Assembly (NCBI GenBank): GCA_964570105.1
Contig: CAZMWM010000002.1
Location: forward strand, 1 to 58,013
Reading direction: 5' to 3'
From: an uncultured Lachnospiraceae bacterium
GTDB taxonomy: Bacteria > Bacillota > Clostridia > Oscillospirales > CAG-272
DNA: 58,013 nucleotides
In this document: positions 1 through 8,998 of the stretch, in pieces
How the letters are laid out: every line of letters starts with the position of its first letter
How positions within the stretch are numbered: the stretch's first letter is position 1
Program-made: the position numbers and the translations under genes
Notes under the pieces: model-generated
The model's input: only the letters and a program-made list of their open reading frames with translations
Databases searched by the model: none
What the model was told of the DNA's origin: nothing

Positions 1-73
1 GACTATTATAACATAAGCATTGGTATTTGTAAAGAACTTTTTAAGATATTGTTATCCGATCCTATCTCAGCAT

Positions 74-116
74 ACAAATATCCGGTCACCCATTTTCCGA
101 GTGACCGGATATTTGT
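74..116. terminator. Hairpin terminator downstream of the LRR lipoprotein gene (bidirectional shape)
   Basis: Perfect 16-bp inverted repeat ACAAATATCCGGTCAC (74-89) / GTGACCGGATATTTGT (101-116). The GC core CCGGTCAC/GTGACCGG is flanked by an AT/T-rich tail on either strand, and it lies 11 nt past the stop at 127. Confidence 0.5.
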
Positions 117-126
117 ATTTCGGTGT

Positions 127-2298
127 TTATTCTCCAACGTAATTGTAAACTATAGTGTAGCTCCCGGACTTATAATCCCAATAAAAGTTTTTGATTATCG
201 CATTCCACTCTTCCTCGCTACCGGTGTAATTTATGGTAGTTAGACTATAGCAATCGTAGAACGCAAAATATCCTATGCTCGTTACACTGTTAGGTATCAT
301 TATGCTCGTAAGATTGCTGCAAGAGGAGAACGCCCATTCTCCTATGCTCGTTACGCTTCCGTCATCAGGTATAATGCTGTTTTTACACCCAAGTATAAGA
401 GTCTTACTTTCTGTTTCTACAAGACAGTTTCCTTCTGAATGATATTTGCTGTTGCCTTCTGCTACTGTTATACTTTCAAGACTACTGGGGAATGCAGCAA
501 ATCCTATGCTCGTTACGCTATCGGATATCTTTATGCTCGTAAGACTATTGCAACCTAAAAACGCATTATCCGCTATACAGATTGTACCGTCTTCTATTGT
601 ATACGAGCCGGATATGGTATATTTAGCTCTTATCAAATATTTACCGATGTACAATACTTCATCTTCCCAATTTGCTTCGTTATTGAAATATTCGGTAGCA
701 TAGAATACAAGAGATCCTATTTCCGTTATACCATCAGGTACTGTTATGCTCGTAAGCCTACTGCAACCTTCGAACGCACTATGTCCTATACTCTTACAAA
801 CACTACCTTCTTCAAATTCAACGCTCGTTATTTTAGGAGAATATCTATAATATGAGGGTGAAGATAGATAGAACAAATACGCTGGTATCTTTATTACATC
901 TTTTCCTATCGTTACTTTTATTCCGTCTCCGTTTTTTCCTGCATTACAAAATATTTCGCTATCTCTCGAAAGATCGTTCATTGTTACAGCATTGATCTTT
1001 ATTTCTTCAAGCTCTGTGCATTCGTAGAATGCATCCTCTCCTATACTCGTTACAGTACTTGGTATGGTTACACTCGTAATGGCACTACAATAACAGAAGG
1101 TATTACTTTCAATGCTTGTTACACCTTCGGGTATTACAAGTTTAGTTGTTAAGCTTCCGTTAAGATACATTTTTTTTGCAAAGCATAAAGGATTTGAAGA
1201 TGTGTTACCAAAGCTTATTGCACACCAAGCCGCTATATCGCTTATGCGTACATTCGAAAGGCGAATTCCGCTAAAAGCATCTTCGCCTATACTTGTTACA
1301 CCGTTACCTATAGTCATGTTTTTAAGATTACTGCAAAGAACGAACGCCTCATTTCCTATACTCGTTACGCTGTTAGGTATAACTATATTCGTAAGGCTAC
1401 TGCAATAATAGAACGCAAAATCTTCTATGCTCGTTACTCCATCCGGAATCACAAGTTCGGTCACTAAGCTTCCGTTAAGATACAGTTTTTCTGCAAAGCG
1501 TAAAGGATTTGAAGATTTACTAGCAAAACTTATCGCGCACCAAGCCGCTATATCGCTTATGTTTACTCGCGTAAGACTACTGCAATCGTAGAAAGCATCA
1601 TCTCCAATACTCGTTACACTATTTCCTATAGTTATACTCGTAAGACCACTGCAATAATAGAATGCGCGATCTCCTATGTTCGTTACACTATCCGGTATAG
1701 TTACGCTCGTAAGTTTTCTGCAATAGGCGAACGCCTCATCTCCGATGCTCATTACTCCATTGGTCAAAGTTATACGCGTAAGACTATCACAATCGCAAAA
1801 CGCATACTTCCCTATGTTTATTACACTATTGGCTATCGTAATATCATTAAGCTTGTTGCAATTATAGAACGCATATTCACCTATGCTTGTTATTCCATTG
1901 CTCAACGCTACACTCGTAAGACTATTGCAATCGTAGAACGCATAATTCACGATAGCTTTTACCGGCTTTCCATCATACTCATCCGGAATGCCCAAATCCG
2001 TATCGGTACAGTTTCCTATTCCGGTCACAATATAATAGCTTTCGTCATCGCTTAATTGATATTCAAGACCTTCGCTTATCTTTACTATAGCGTCGACCAA
2101 GCCATCGTTTTCTTTAATATTATCCGATAAGTCTCCTGCCATTCCGCCTTGTTCGCTTCCATTATTGTCATCATCTGAAAAGTTGCTATTGCCGCCTTCG
2201 AAATTACTATCACCAGAAAATGTATCATCACACCCGATAACAAGTGGGATCATTGCCAACAAAACGCAAGTTAAAAACATCAATATCGACTTTTTCAT
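127..2298 (-). CDS. BspA-type leucine-rich-repeat surface lipoprotein
   Basis: 723-aa ORF. The signal peptide ends in lipobox VIGC and is followed by a D/N/G/S-rich linker. After that come more than 20 units of about 23 aa (..[17 protein letters not shown]..), with the GTAACGAGCATAGGA (VTSIG) motif recurring at about 69-nt periodicity. AGGAG RBS lies before the ATG. Confidence 0.85.
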   Translation of the reverse strand: MKKSILMFLTCVLLAMIPLVIGCDDTFSGDSNFEGGNSNFSDDDNNGSEQGGMAGDLSDNIKENDGLVDAIVKISEGLEYQLSDDESYYIVTGIGNCTDTDLGIPDEYDGKPVKAIVNYAFYDCNSLTSVALSNGITSIGEYAFYNCNKLNDITIANSVINIGKYAFCDCDSLTRITLTNGVMSIGDEAFAYCRKLTSVTIPDSVTNIGDRAFYYCSGLTSITIGNSVTSIGDDAFYDCSSLTRVNISDIAAWCAISFASKSSNPLRFAEKLYLNGSLVTELVIPDGVTSIEDFAFYYCSSLTNIVIPNSVTSIGNEAFVLCSNLKNMTIGNGVTSIGEDAFSGIRLSNVRISDIAAWCAISFGNTSSNPLCFAKKMYLNGSLTTKLVIPEGVTSIESNTFCYCSAITSVTIPSTVTSIGEDAFYECTELEEIKINAVTMNDLSRDSEIFCNAGKNGDGIKVTIGKDVIKIPAYLFYLSSPSYYRYSPKITSVEFEEGSVCKSIGHSAFEGCSRLTSITVPDGITEIGSLVFYATEYFNNEANWEDEVLYIGKYLIRAKYTISGSYTIEDGTICIADNAFLGCNSLTSIKISDSVTSIGFAAFPSSLESITVAEGNSKYHSEGNCLVETESKTLILGCKNSIIPDDGSVTSIGEWAFSSCSNLTSIMIPNSVTSIGYFAFYDCYSLTTINYTGSEEEWNAIIKNFYWDYKSGSYTIVYNYVGE
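940..1580 (-). repeat. Two copies of a 315-nt (105-aa) super-repeat inside the LRR gene
   Basis: The module [12 protein letters not shown]....SNPL..A..LYLNGSL.T.LVIP.GVTSI plus two LRR units occurs twice. An identical 24-mer, caccaagccgctatatcgcttatg, sits at 1223-1246 and 1538-1561 (offset exactly 315 nt). Confidence 0.7.
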
Positions 2299-2333
2299 TT
2301 TTGTAGCTCCTTTTATAGTTAGTAATTAATCAT

Positions 2334-2362
2334 ATTATAACACCAAATGCGAATTTTGTCAA
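2334..2362 (-). promoter_or_regulatory. Sigma-A type promoter of the LRR lipoprotein gene
   Basis: Minus strand reads TTGACA (2362-2357), 17-nt spacer, TATAAT (2339-2334), with TGT immediately upstream of the -10 (extended -10). It lies about 36 nt upstream of the ATG at 2298. Confidence 0.6.
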
Positions 2363-2419
2363 TACCATGTAGCGATTTTTTTCACAGTGCCTTTTGCCGA
2401 GGATAAGGATCGTTATAAT

Positions 2420-2458
2420 AAACGAAAAATGTGGGGCTATTTCACGATCAAGCCCCAC
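2420..2458 (-). terminator. Rho-independent terminator after sigG
   Basis: Stem GTGGGGCT (2431-2438) / AGCCCCAC (2451-2458). On the minus strand it is followed by ATTTTTCGTTTATT. Confidence 0.6.
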
Positions 2459-2473
2459 AAAGCAAATATTCTC

Positions 2474-3271
2474 TTATGTCATATTCTTTCTTATATGCTC
2501 CAAAGCGCCCTTTTCGAGCCGCGATACCTGCGCTTGTGAGATACCTATCTCTTCCGCTATCTCCATTTGCGTCTTTCCTTTATAAAAACGCATTCCGATA
2601 ATATTCTGCTCGCGTTCGCTCAGTCGCTTCATTGCTTCTCCGAGCGCAATATCCTCAAGCCAATTCTCATCCGTATTTTCGTTATCGCGTATCTGATCCA
2701 TAACGTACAGCGAGTCTGACGCGCCACCGTCTGAATATACGGGATCGTACAGCGATATCGGCTCGATTATTGCTTCGAGAGCTTCTCCTATCTCCCTTTC
2801 GGAATGTTCCTCGCCTTTCTCGGAAAGGTATGCTCTAAGCTCCGCCAACGACGGCTCCTTGAACATCACTTTGGATAAAGTCTCCTTTGCAGACAGAGCT
2901 TTATATGCAAGATCCCTTACCGAACGGCTCACCCTTATTGTATTGTTATCTCTCAAATACCTTCTCAGCTCACCGATTATCATCGGCACTGCATAGGTCG
3001 AAAATTTAACATCAAGCTCGGTATTAAAATTATCTATCGCCTTGATAAGACCGATACAACCGACCTGAAACAGATCATCCGCCGCTTCGCCTCTTCCTCC
3101 GAAGCGTTGGACTATACTCAAGACTAAGCGAAGATTGCCGCCTATGAGCACTTCTCTTGCTTCGGCATCTCCTTCCTTGACCTTGAGCAGCAGACATTTC
3201 ATCTCTTCGTTAGACAGTGTTTTCAGTTTTGAAGTGTTTACGCCGCATATCTCGACCTTGTTATAATACAT
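2474..3271 (-). CDS. sigG: Sporulation RNA polymerase sigma factor SigG
   Basis: Near colinear with B. subtilis SigG as recalled (NKVEICGVNTSKLKTLSNEEM..., GNLRLVLSIVQRF, DDLFQVGCIGL, FSTYAVPMIIGELRRYLRDNN, GISQAQVSRLEK). I prefer the ATG at 3271 (MYYNKVEICG, GGAGG upstream) over the TTG at 3310 used by the ORF track. Confidence 0.85.
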   Translation of the reverse strand: MYYNKVEICGVNTSKLKTLSNEEMKCLLLKVKEGDAEAREVLIGGNLRLVLSIVQRFGGRGEAADDLFQVGCIGLIKAIDNFNTELDVKFSTYAVPMIIGELRRYLRDNNTIRVSRSVRDLAYKALSAKETLSKVMFKEPSLAELRAYLSEKGEEHSEREIGEALEAIIEPISLYDPVYSDGGASDSLYVMDQIRDNENTDENWLEDIALGEAMKRLSEREQNIIGMRFYKGKTQMEIAEEIGISQAQVSRLEKGALEHIRKNMT

Positions 3272-3362
3272 AGCCAATACTTTGCCTCCGTTCGTTGCCT
3301 TGGTAAACAAAGTATTGACAATTATTCCGAGCAGTTATGCAATGACCGCCCCTATAAAGCTA

Positions 3363-4718
3363 TTACAATTTTTCCCTTTGGATATAGGCGCCGCGCGATC
3401 TCTTTCCGCTTAGCTTGCAGTGCTCGGCGGTAACGCTTGTCACTTTCCCCGAAAGCAGGATGACAGCCAAGCTGTTCAAGGTCGCCATAAGATATATAGA
3501 GATATCGGAAAGCCACCATATTACACCTTCAGGTAGCATAGTGCCGAAAAATGCGCATATTGCAAATGAGAAATTATATACAGCAAGTGTTCTTGGAGCG
3601 GCACCCAACGCAGAGAGCGATACTCTGCCGTAATAACTCCAGCTCGCCGCCGCACCCAAGGCAAACAGGAGCATAGATATTGCAAGCGGTCTGCCGAGAG
3701 CCGCGCCGAGAGATGATGTAAACGCCTTTACTGCTACTACGGCAGAGGCTCCCGAGGTGATATCCACTCCGGAGAGCAGAACTACATACGCTGTCAGCGT
3801 ACATAAAACAAGAGTATCAAAAAGCACCTCTATTATTCCCAAAGCACCCTGTACCGCCGGAGCATCGGTATCGGAAGATGCATGTGCTATCGGAGCGGTA
3901 CCGCATCCGGCTTCATTAGACATAACTCCGCGTGTGATTCCGAGTCTTACAGCTCTTCCAAACAGAAATCCGAATATTCCGCCCGTCCCTGCTCTAAAAC
4001 TAAAGGCTTCCGAAAATATCATCGAAGTAACAGCCGCGACTCCATCGTGAAATTTCAGGATGACCGACACGCAAAGAATGAAATATCCACCGCACAATAT
4101 CGGTATCAACCTGAGCGTAAAGCGATATATCGCAGAGCCGTTGCGACAAAAGATCAGTATAAGCAAAAAGATGATCGCACCGCATACGTATTCGGGAACA
4201 CCGAAAGCGAAACGCATGCTTTCGGCGGCGGCTTTTACTTGTGTGATATTTCCGGTAGTGAACGAAGAAAACGTGCACAATATGCAAAAAACAGCCCCCA
4301 GATGCGGTCTTTTCAATCCTTCGCTTATGTAAACGTGCGCTCCGCCGTTATATACTCCGTCACTGCCTTTTTTCCTGTAGCTGACAGCGAGCACCGTTTC
4401 GGCATATTTTAATATTGCGCAAAATACGGAACTCACCCACATCCAAAATATCGCTCCTGCCCCTCCGCTCGCTATCGCGGCGGCGACTCCGGATATATTA
4501 CCCACCCCAAGTGTACCTGCAAGCGCAAGACAAAATGCGCCGAGGGGAGTTCTTTCGCCGCGTTGTTTCTTTCTCGGTTTCAACGCAGGTACGGTCGTGC
4601 GCATCACCGTGGGGATATATTTAATAAGCCTAAAGGTAAGAAACGCTCCGCATATCAGCAGAAATACCGGCACAGCTCCGCCAAGCACCGCGGTAAGCTC
4701 CTTCATCATATCCTTCAT
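3363..4718 (-). CDS. Alanine/glycine:cation (sodium) symporter, AGCS family
   Basis: 451-aa polytopic membrane protein with the AGCS-like motif GVGNISGVAAAIASGGAGAIFWMW. Confidence 0.8.
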   Translation of the reverse strand: MKDMMKELTAVLGGAVPVFLLICGAFLTFRLIKYIPTVMRTTVPALKPRKKQRGERTPLGAFCLALAGTLGVGNISGVAAAIASGGAGAIFWMWVSSVFCAILKYAETVLAVSYRKKGSDGVYNGGAHVYISEGLKRPHLGAVFCILCTFSSFTTGNITQVKAAAESMRFAFGVPEYVCGAIIFLLILIFCRNGSAIYRFTLRLIPILCGGYFILCVSVILKFHDGVAAVTSMIFSEAFSFRAGTGGIFGFLFGRAVRLGITRGVMSNEAGCGTAPIAHASSDTDAPAVQGALGIIEVLFDTLVLCTLTAYVVLLSGVDITSGASAVVAVKAFTSSLGAALGRPLAISMLLFALGAAASWSYYGRVSLSALGAAPRTLAVYNFSFAICAFFGTMLPEGVIWWLSDISIYLMATLNSLAVILLSGKVTSVTAEHCKLSGKRSRGAYIQREKL

Positions 4719-4829
4719 AAACGGTATCGCCCCTCGCTAAAGCATTCCTCACGTCGGAAATGGATACGACCGCCCCGACCGTAAGCTTAGTTGAGGATAT
4801 GCGTGACCGTAAAAAATAATTCTTTACAA

Positions 4830-4858
4830 AGATACAAAAATCCCCGGTGAACGGAGAT
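4830..4858 (-). terminator. Rho-independent terminator after plsY
   Basis: Minus strand reads ATCTCCG-TTCAC-CGGGGAT (one G-U pair) followed by TTTTTGTATCTTTG. Confidence 0.55.
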
Positions 4859-4915
4859 ACGGCATCACAGACGTAAATGTTCGCATCTATCCACCCGGGC
4901 TTTGACTAATTTAAT

Positions 4916-5551
4916 TCAGCGTTTAAAGATATGCTTCTTCATATAATCTCTTGCTCTTATCTCATCCGGAGTTCCCGCTTTCCTTATATTGGGTATATGC
5001 TTGTAGATGACCAATACAGCAACCGTTGCCGTAACGATAAACATATACACGTTTTGTTCTATGACCGTGGTAATGATGCAGAAAAGCACAACGGCGGACA
5101 CCGTAAGCATAAAACCGTAATTGAACAGTACCATAAGGATAAAGCACACGACTATAAGTATCAATAATACGATTGGATCGTACGCCAAAACCATTCCGGC
5201 AAAAGCGGCTACGCCCTTGCCGCCCCTAAATTTCATATAAAACGGAAATATATGCCCTAAAACAGCCATTCCGGAAGCAAGCATACCGGCAAGCACCGAA
5301 AGCTCATCGTCGTTTTGAAATATCAGATGTTGAGATATCTTGAACGCCGCGGTGCTTTTAAAGATATCGAACAGCATAACCAAAACGCCCCAAAACCTCC
5401 CGTAGACCATAGTGACATTGGTAGCGCCGAGATTACCCGTCCCCAAGTGTCTGAGATCGTCTTTTTTTAATTTTGATATAAAAGCGGACGGATTGAGCGC
5501 TCCAAAAATATATCCGAGAAGCGCACACGAGAACAGTTTCAAGATATTCAA
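4916..5551 (-). CDS. plsY: Glycerol-3-phosphate acyltransferase PlsY
   Basis: 211-aa membrane protein with the PlsY motif GTGNLGATN and a typical length. Confidence 0.9.
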   Translation of the reverse strand: MNILKLFSCALLGYIFGALNPSAFISKLKKDDLRHLGTGNLGATNVTMVYGRFWGVLVMLFDIFKSTAAFKISQHLIFQNDDELSVLAGMLASGMAVLGHIFPFYMKFRGGKGVAAFAGMVLAYDPIVLLILIVVCFILMVLFNYGFMLTVSAVVLFCIITTVIEQNVYMFIVTATVAVLVIYKHIPNIRKAGTPDEIRARDYMKKHIFKR

Positions 5552-5600
5552 GATATGATATCCTCACTTTAACATTTATTAAAGAGTCGGGCTGTCGCAT

Positions 5601-6551
5601 TCATATACCGAAATCGGGTATATAGCTTTCCGAAGCGGCGCCCTCGTCCTGCGTATATAGGTATCGAAATCCGAGATGCTGTGCATGCTCAACGACTCTG
5701 AGATATGCACGTCGCGGAAGCCTTTCCGTAAGCTCGGGAAAAGCTTCAACCGGCTCGGGTATCGGCGTGTATTGATCCATAAGCGAAAGCGTTATACCGT
5801 CCGCACCAAATTCGCTGTATAACCAATCAACGACCTTGACGGAGTCGGCATCACATCCGGGGAGCACGAGATGACGCACAGCGGTTCCCGACAGCATAAA
5901 TCCGTTATTATCAAATCTGGGCTTACCGGTCTGAGCGTACATTTCGCGTATAGCCGCCTTTGCGACATTCGGGTAATCCGGTGCATTTGAATAATCCTTG
6001 GAATATACGCTCGATATATATTTCATATCGGGCAGATAGATATCCACCTCTCCGCGAAGGAGTCTCAGCGCGGAGACCTTTTCATAACTACCGGTATTAT
6101 ACACGACGGGGATGCTCAAGCCTCTTCGCTTTGCGAGTTTGATGCTTTCTGAGACCGATGGCAGATAATGTGCCGCCGTCACAAGATCGATGTTATGTAC
6201 CCCGTTTTGTTCAAGACGCAAAAATTCATCCGCAAGCTCCGAGGCAGAATATATCCTTCCCAAGGACGTAAGTACGCCATTGACGTTTGAGTCGCTCTTC
6301 TCCTTAGCGCGGCTTATACGAAAATTCTGACAGTATACACATCCGAGATTACATCCGCAGAAAAATACCGCTCCCGAGCCTTTAACATTTTCTTCAAGAC
6401 CGATGCCGGAAAGAAACGGCTCTTCCCACAGATGCGGCGCTATTCTCGCGATACGCATCTCGCTTCCACAGCCGCAATATCCTTTATTAACGGTACGGTC
6501 CGTTCCGCATTCCCTCGGACATATTCGACATTCCTTATACAGACCGTTCAT
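5601..6551 (-). CDS. Radical SAM protein, PflX-like (pyruvate formate-lyase activase homolog)
   Basis: CNLGCVYCQN matches the CxxxCxxC radical SAM motif, and an N-terminal Cys cluster CRICPRECG..CGCG is present. The ATG at 6551 (MNGLYKEC) is preferred over the upstream TTG at 6569. Either start overlaps the 3' end of the anti-sigma ORF. Confidence 0.75.
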   Translation of the reverse strand: MNGLYKECRICPRECGTDRTVNKGYCGCGSEMRIARIAPHLWEEPFLSGIGLEENVKGSGAVFFCGCNLGCVYCQNFRISRAKEKSDSNVNGVLTSLGRIYSASELADEFLRLEQNGVHNIDLVTAAHYLPSVSESIKLAKRRGLSIPVVYNTGSYEKVSALRLLRGEVDIYLPDMKYISSVYSKDYSNAPDYPNVAKAAIREMYAQTGKPRFDNNGFMLSGTAVRHLVLPGCDADSVKVVDWLYSEFGADGITLSLMDQYTPIPEPVEAFPELTERLPRRAYLRVVEHAQHLGFRYLYTQDEGAASESYIPDFGI

Positions 6552-6885
6552 TATCGCTACCAAGCGCAATGATGCCTGCCGTGACAGCCGCCGCGCTTAT
6601 CATAAGAGAACAGGCGAATATCGCTCGCTCAACTCTGCGCTCTCTTTTGAGCTTGTGAATAAACGCGCGATAATCCGGCGACACAGCCTGACGCCGTTCC
6701 TCTCTTGCCTTCTCTTTACAGCTTATGATGTAACGGAGAAAATCGCCGCAGTTTTTGCATTTTGCGATATGAGAGATGATAAGTGCGTTGGTCTCGGCGG
6801 ACGCAAGATGATCTGCATAAAGCGGAAGGAGATCTCTCACGACGTCGCATTTATTTTCAAAAAGATCAGCCATTCTTGTGACCAT
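6535..6885 (-). CDS. Putative zinc-finger (zf-HC2-like) anti-sigma factor, single C-terminal TM
   Basis: 116 aa, immediately downstream of the ECF sigma gene. It has the motif H..AKCKNC, one hydrophobic helix (AIFACSLMISAAAVTAGIIAL) and only about 10 residues beyond it. Confidence 0.6.
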   Translation of the reverse strand: MVTRMADLFENKCDVVRDLLPLYADHLASAETNALIISHIAKCKNCGDFLRYIISCKEKAREERRQAVSPDYRAFIHKLKRERRVERAIFACSLMISAAAVTAGIIALGSDNERSV

Positions 6886-6946
6886 TGCTTTCGCTTATAC
6901 GAAAGCCCTTTCGTGAAATGGATTTCTGCGGTACGAACAGCTCGTA

Positions 6947-7465
6947 TCAATCGTCCCTGAAATAATCAAGACTTGGGGCAAGCTGTTTTTTCAGTTGATT
7001 TTTTGCTCTGAAATATATGACCTTAGCCGAGCCTTCGGTCACCTGTAATATCTCGGCGATCCTCGCAAAAGGAAGCTCGGCTACCGCCCTGAGCCAAAAC
7101 ACCTCTCTGTGCTTGGGTTTAAGCGCATCGACAGCTTTTAAGATCGTTTGTACGCCTTCCTTTGATTCCGCGCAATTCTGCGGAGAAGGCTCTTCGGAAA
7201 GCAGGCGGTCGGCGAGCGTATCTATATCTACGAGAAGCTTCTTGTATTTTCTCAGATAATGAAACCATATATTTTTTGCAATAGCACAGAGCCACGTATA
7301 TACCGAACACGTTCCGTCGTAGCGATGCAACGAACGGTAGGCGGCAAGAAACGTATCCTGTGTCAGCTCTTCGGAAATGTCCGCGCTTCCGCACAGGGAA
7401 TGGATAAACCCGTATACGTCGCTGAAATACTCCGTATATATCTGTTCAAACTCTTTTATACCGAT
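6947..7465 (-). CDS. ECF-type RNA polymerase sigma factor (start codon unresolved)
   Basis: Region 2 (FEQIYTEYFSDVYGFIHSLCGSADISEELTQDTFLAAYRSLHRYDG..YTWLCAIAKN) and region 4 (FWLRAVAELPFARIAEILQVTEGSAKVIYFRAKNQL) are both recognisable. The open frame runs to 7498, but no ATG/GTG/TTG lies upstream of the TTG at 7330; see the finding. Confidence 0.7.
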   Translation of the reverse strand: MGIKEFEQIYTEYFSDVYGFIHSLCGSADISEELTQDTFLAAYRSLHRYDGTCSVYTWLCAIAKNIWFHYLRKYKKLLVDIDTLADRLLSEEPSPQNCAESKEGVQTILKAVDALKPKHREVFWLRAVAELPFARIAEILQVTEGSAKVIYFRAKNQLKKQLAPSLDYFRDD

Positions 7466-7522
7466 CCATCCTCCCCTCTCTTGCGCACTTGTAAACGGTC
7501 GCCGTCTCCTTTACCGCGAAGC

Positions 7523-8203
7523 TTAGGTATTGCGATCCACGGTCTTGAGCTTTTTAAGATTTCCTATCTTATGCGAACGCTTTTCAAGCTCGTCCAGTAC
7601 GCTTTGCAGTGAAACGTTTTCGTTTACGAGCATGACCTCAAGGTGATATATAAGATCTGCGACCTCTCCGACGAGCAGTTCGCGCGTCTCGGCGTCATCG
7701 CTTACCTGAAGATTTTTTGCCGCTATAACGGTCTCTGAGCATTCCTCTCCCACCTTTTTCAGTATCTTATCCAATCCCTTTTCGAAAAGATAACAGGTGT
7801 ATGAGCCTTCCTCCGGCTCTTCTTTACGGTGTTTGATCACATTCTCAAGAGAAAGTAACGGCGACTGCTCCGGAAGCTCCTCTATGCTCTCGAGCGTACG
7901 GAAGAAGCAACTGCGATTTTCGGTGTGACAAGCGGCGCCGATCTGGTCTACGTATATAAGTAACGTATCCTCGTCACAATCGTAATCGATGCGTTTTACT
8001 ATCTGCCAATGTCCCGAGGTCTCGCCTTTATTCCACAGTTTTTTTCTTGAACGGCTGTAAAACCACGTTTTTCCGTCATCGAGCGTCTTTCTGAGCGACT
8101 CTTCGTTCATATATCCGAGCATCAGCACCTCACGGGTACGCCAATCTTGAATGATCGCCGGGATAAGCTCGCTCTTTTTAAAAAACATCTTAATATCTTC
8201 CAT
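7523..8203 (-). CDS. hisI: Bifunctional phosphoribosyl-AMP cyclohydrolase / phosphoribosyl-ATP pyrophosphatase HisIE
   Basis: The HisI core is present (LIPAIIQD...WFYSRSR..LW.KGETSGH...DCD.D.L...V...G.ACH), followed by a HisE-like C-terminal half. Confidence 0.9.
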   Translation of the reverse strand: MEDIKMFFKKSELIPAIIQDWRTREVLMLGYMNEESLRKTLDDGKTWFYSRSRKKLWNKGETSGHWQIVKRIDYDCDEDTLLIYVDQIGAACHTENRSCFFRTLESIEELPEQSPLLSLENVIKHRKEEPEEGSYTCYLFEKGLDKILKKVGEECSETVIAAKNLQVSDDAETRELLVGEVADLIYHLEVMLVNENVSLQSVLDELEKRSHKIGNLKKLKTVDRNT

Positions 8204-8227
8204 AATATCTTACCTCTTTTCGTGATC

Positions 8228-8986
8228 TTAATTCAGGCGCATCGGAAGTCCGCGCTCTGAAAGATATTTTTTTACGTCACCAACAGTCAGCTCTTTATAA
8301 TGGAACAGCGAAGCCGCGAGCGCGGCGTCTGCTCCGGCGTATTCGAATACATCGTAAAAATGTGAAAGCGCTCCGCCTCCTCCCGAGGCTATGACCGGTA
8401 TACCGACCGCACCCGTCACCGCTTTCGTAAGCTCGATGTCAAATCCCGATTTAGTGCCGTCGGCATCCATGCTCGTAAGCAATATCTCACCCGCGCCGAG
8501 CTTTTCCGCTTCAACAGCCCAAGCCACAGCGTCAAGTCCCGTATCGATCCTTCCGCCGTTGATATAAACGTTGTATCCGCTCTCGGTCTTTTTTGCATCT
8601 ATTGCGACGACCACGCATTGACAACCGAATTTATCTGCCGCACGGCTTATGAGATATTTGTCGCGTATCGCCGCGGAATTTACGGATACCTTATCCGCTC
8701 CGGCGAGAAGTATATCACGGAAGTCATCAACGCTCCTTATCCCTCCGCCGACCGTAAGAGGCATAAATACCTCTTTAGCCGTACGCTCTACGACGTCGAT
8801 TATAGTCCTTCTTTCTTCATTCGAAGCGGTGATATCGAGAAATACAAGCTCATCGGCTCCCTGAGCATTATAGAGCTTGGCGGCTTCGACAGGATCTCCT
8901 GCATCACGAAGCCCCACGAAATTCGTTCCTTTTACGACACGACCGTTTTTTACGTCAAGACAGGGTATGATCCTTTTGGTTATCAT
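8228..8986 (-). CDS. hisF: Imidazole glycerol phosphate synthase cyclase subunit HisF
   Basis: [29 protein letters not shown] and SGGGG motifs; 252 aa. Confidence 0.95.
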   Translation of the reverse strand: MITKRIIPCLDVKNGRVVKGTNFVGLRDAGDPVEAAKLYNAQGADELVFLDITASNEERRTIIDVVERTAKEVFMPLTVGGGIRSVDDFRDILLAGADKVSVNSAAIRDKYLISRAADKFGCQCVVVAIDAKKTESGYNVYINGGRIDTGLDAVAWAVEAEKLGAGEILLTSMDADGTKSGFDIELTKAVTGAVGIPVIASGGGGALSHFYDVFEYAGADAALAASLFHYKELTVGDVKKYLSERGLPMRLN

Positions 8987-8998
8987 CAGTCCTTACAC

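Noticed and set aside
240-2000. Regular 69-nt periodic repeats that could superficially resemble a CRISPR-like array. The same pattern occurs at 57000-58013.
   Set aside because: The repeats are in-frame coding LRR units within long ORFs that have signal peptides. The repeat and 'spacer' lengths and the degeneracy do not fit CRISPR, and no cas genes are present.
3311-3340. Forespore-type (sigma-F/sigma-G) promoter upstream of sigG: minus strand GCATA-18 nt-CAATACT.
   Set aside because: The -35 fits GHATR, but the -10 matches the CATnnTA consensus at only about 4 of 7 positions, which is too weak to call from sequence alone.
4719-4828. Possible glycine (or other) riboswitch in the roughly 110-nt leader of the alanine/glycine:sodium symporter gene.
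   Set aside because: AGCS genes are often glycine-riboswitch controlled, so I looked for the conserved GGAGAG...CACCG...GGGGCAA-type cores on the minus strand and did not find them. Only a weak CCTCA/TGAGG pairing is visible. A covariance-model scan would be needed to be sure.
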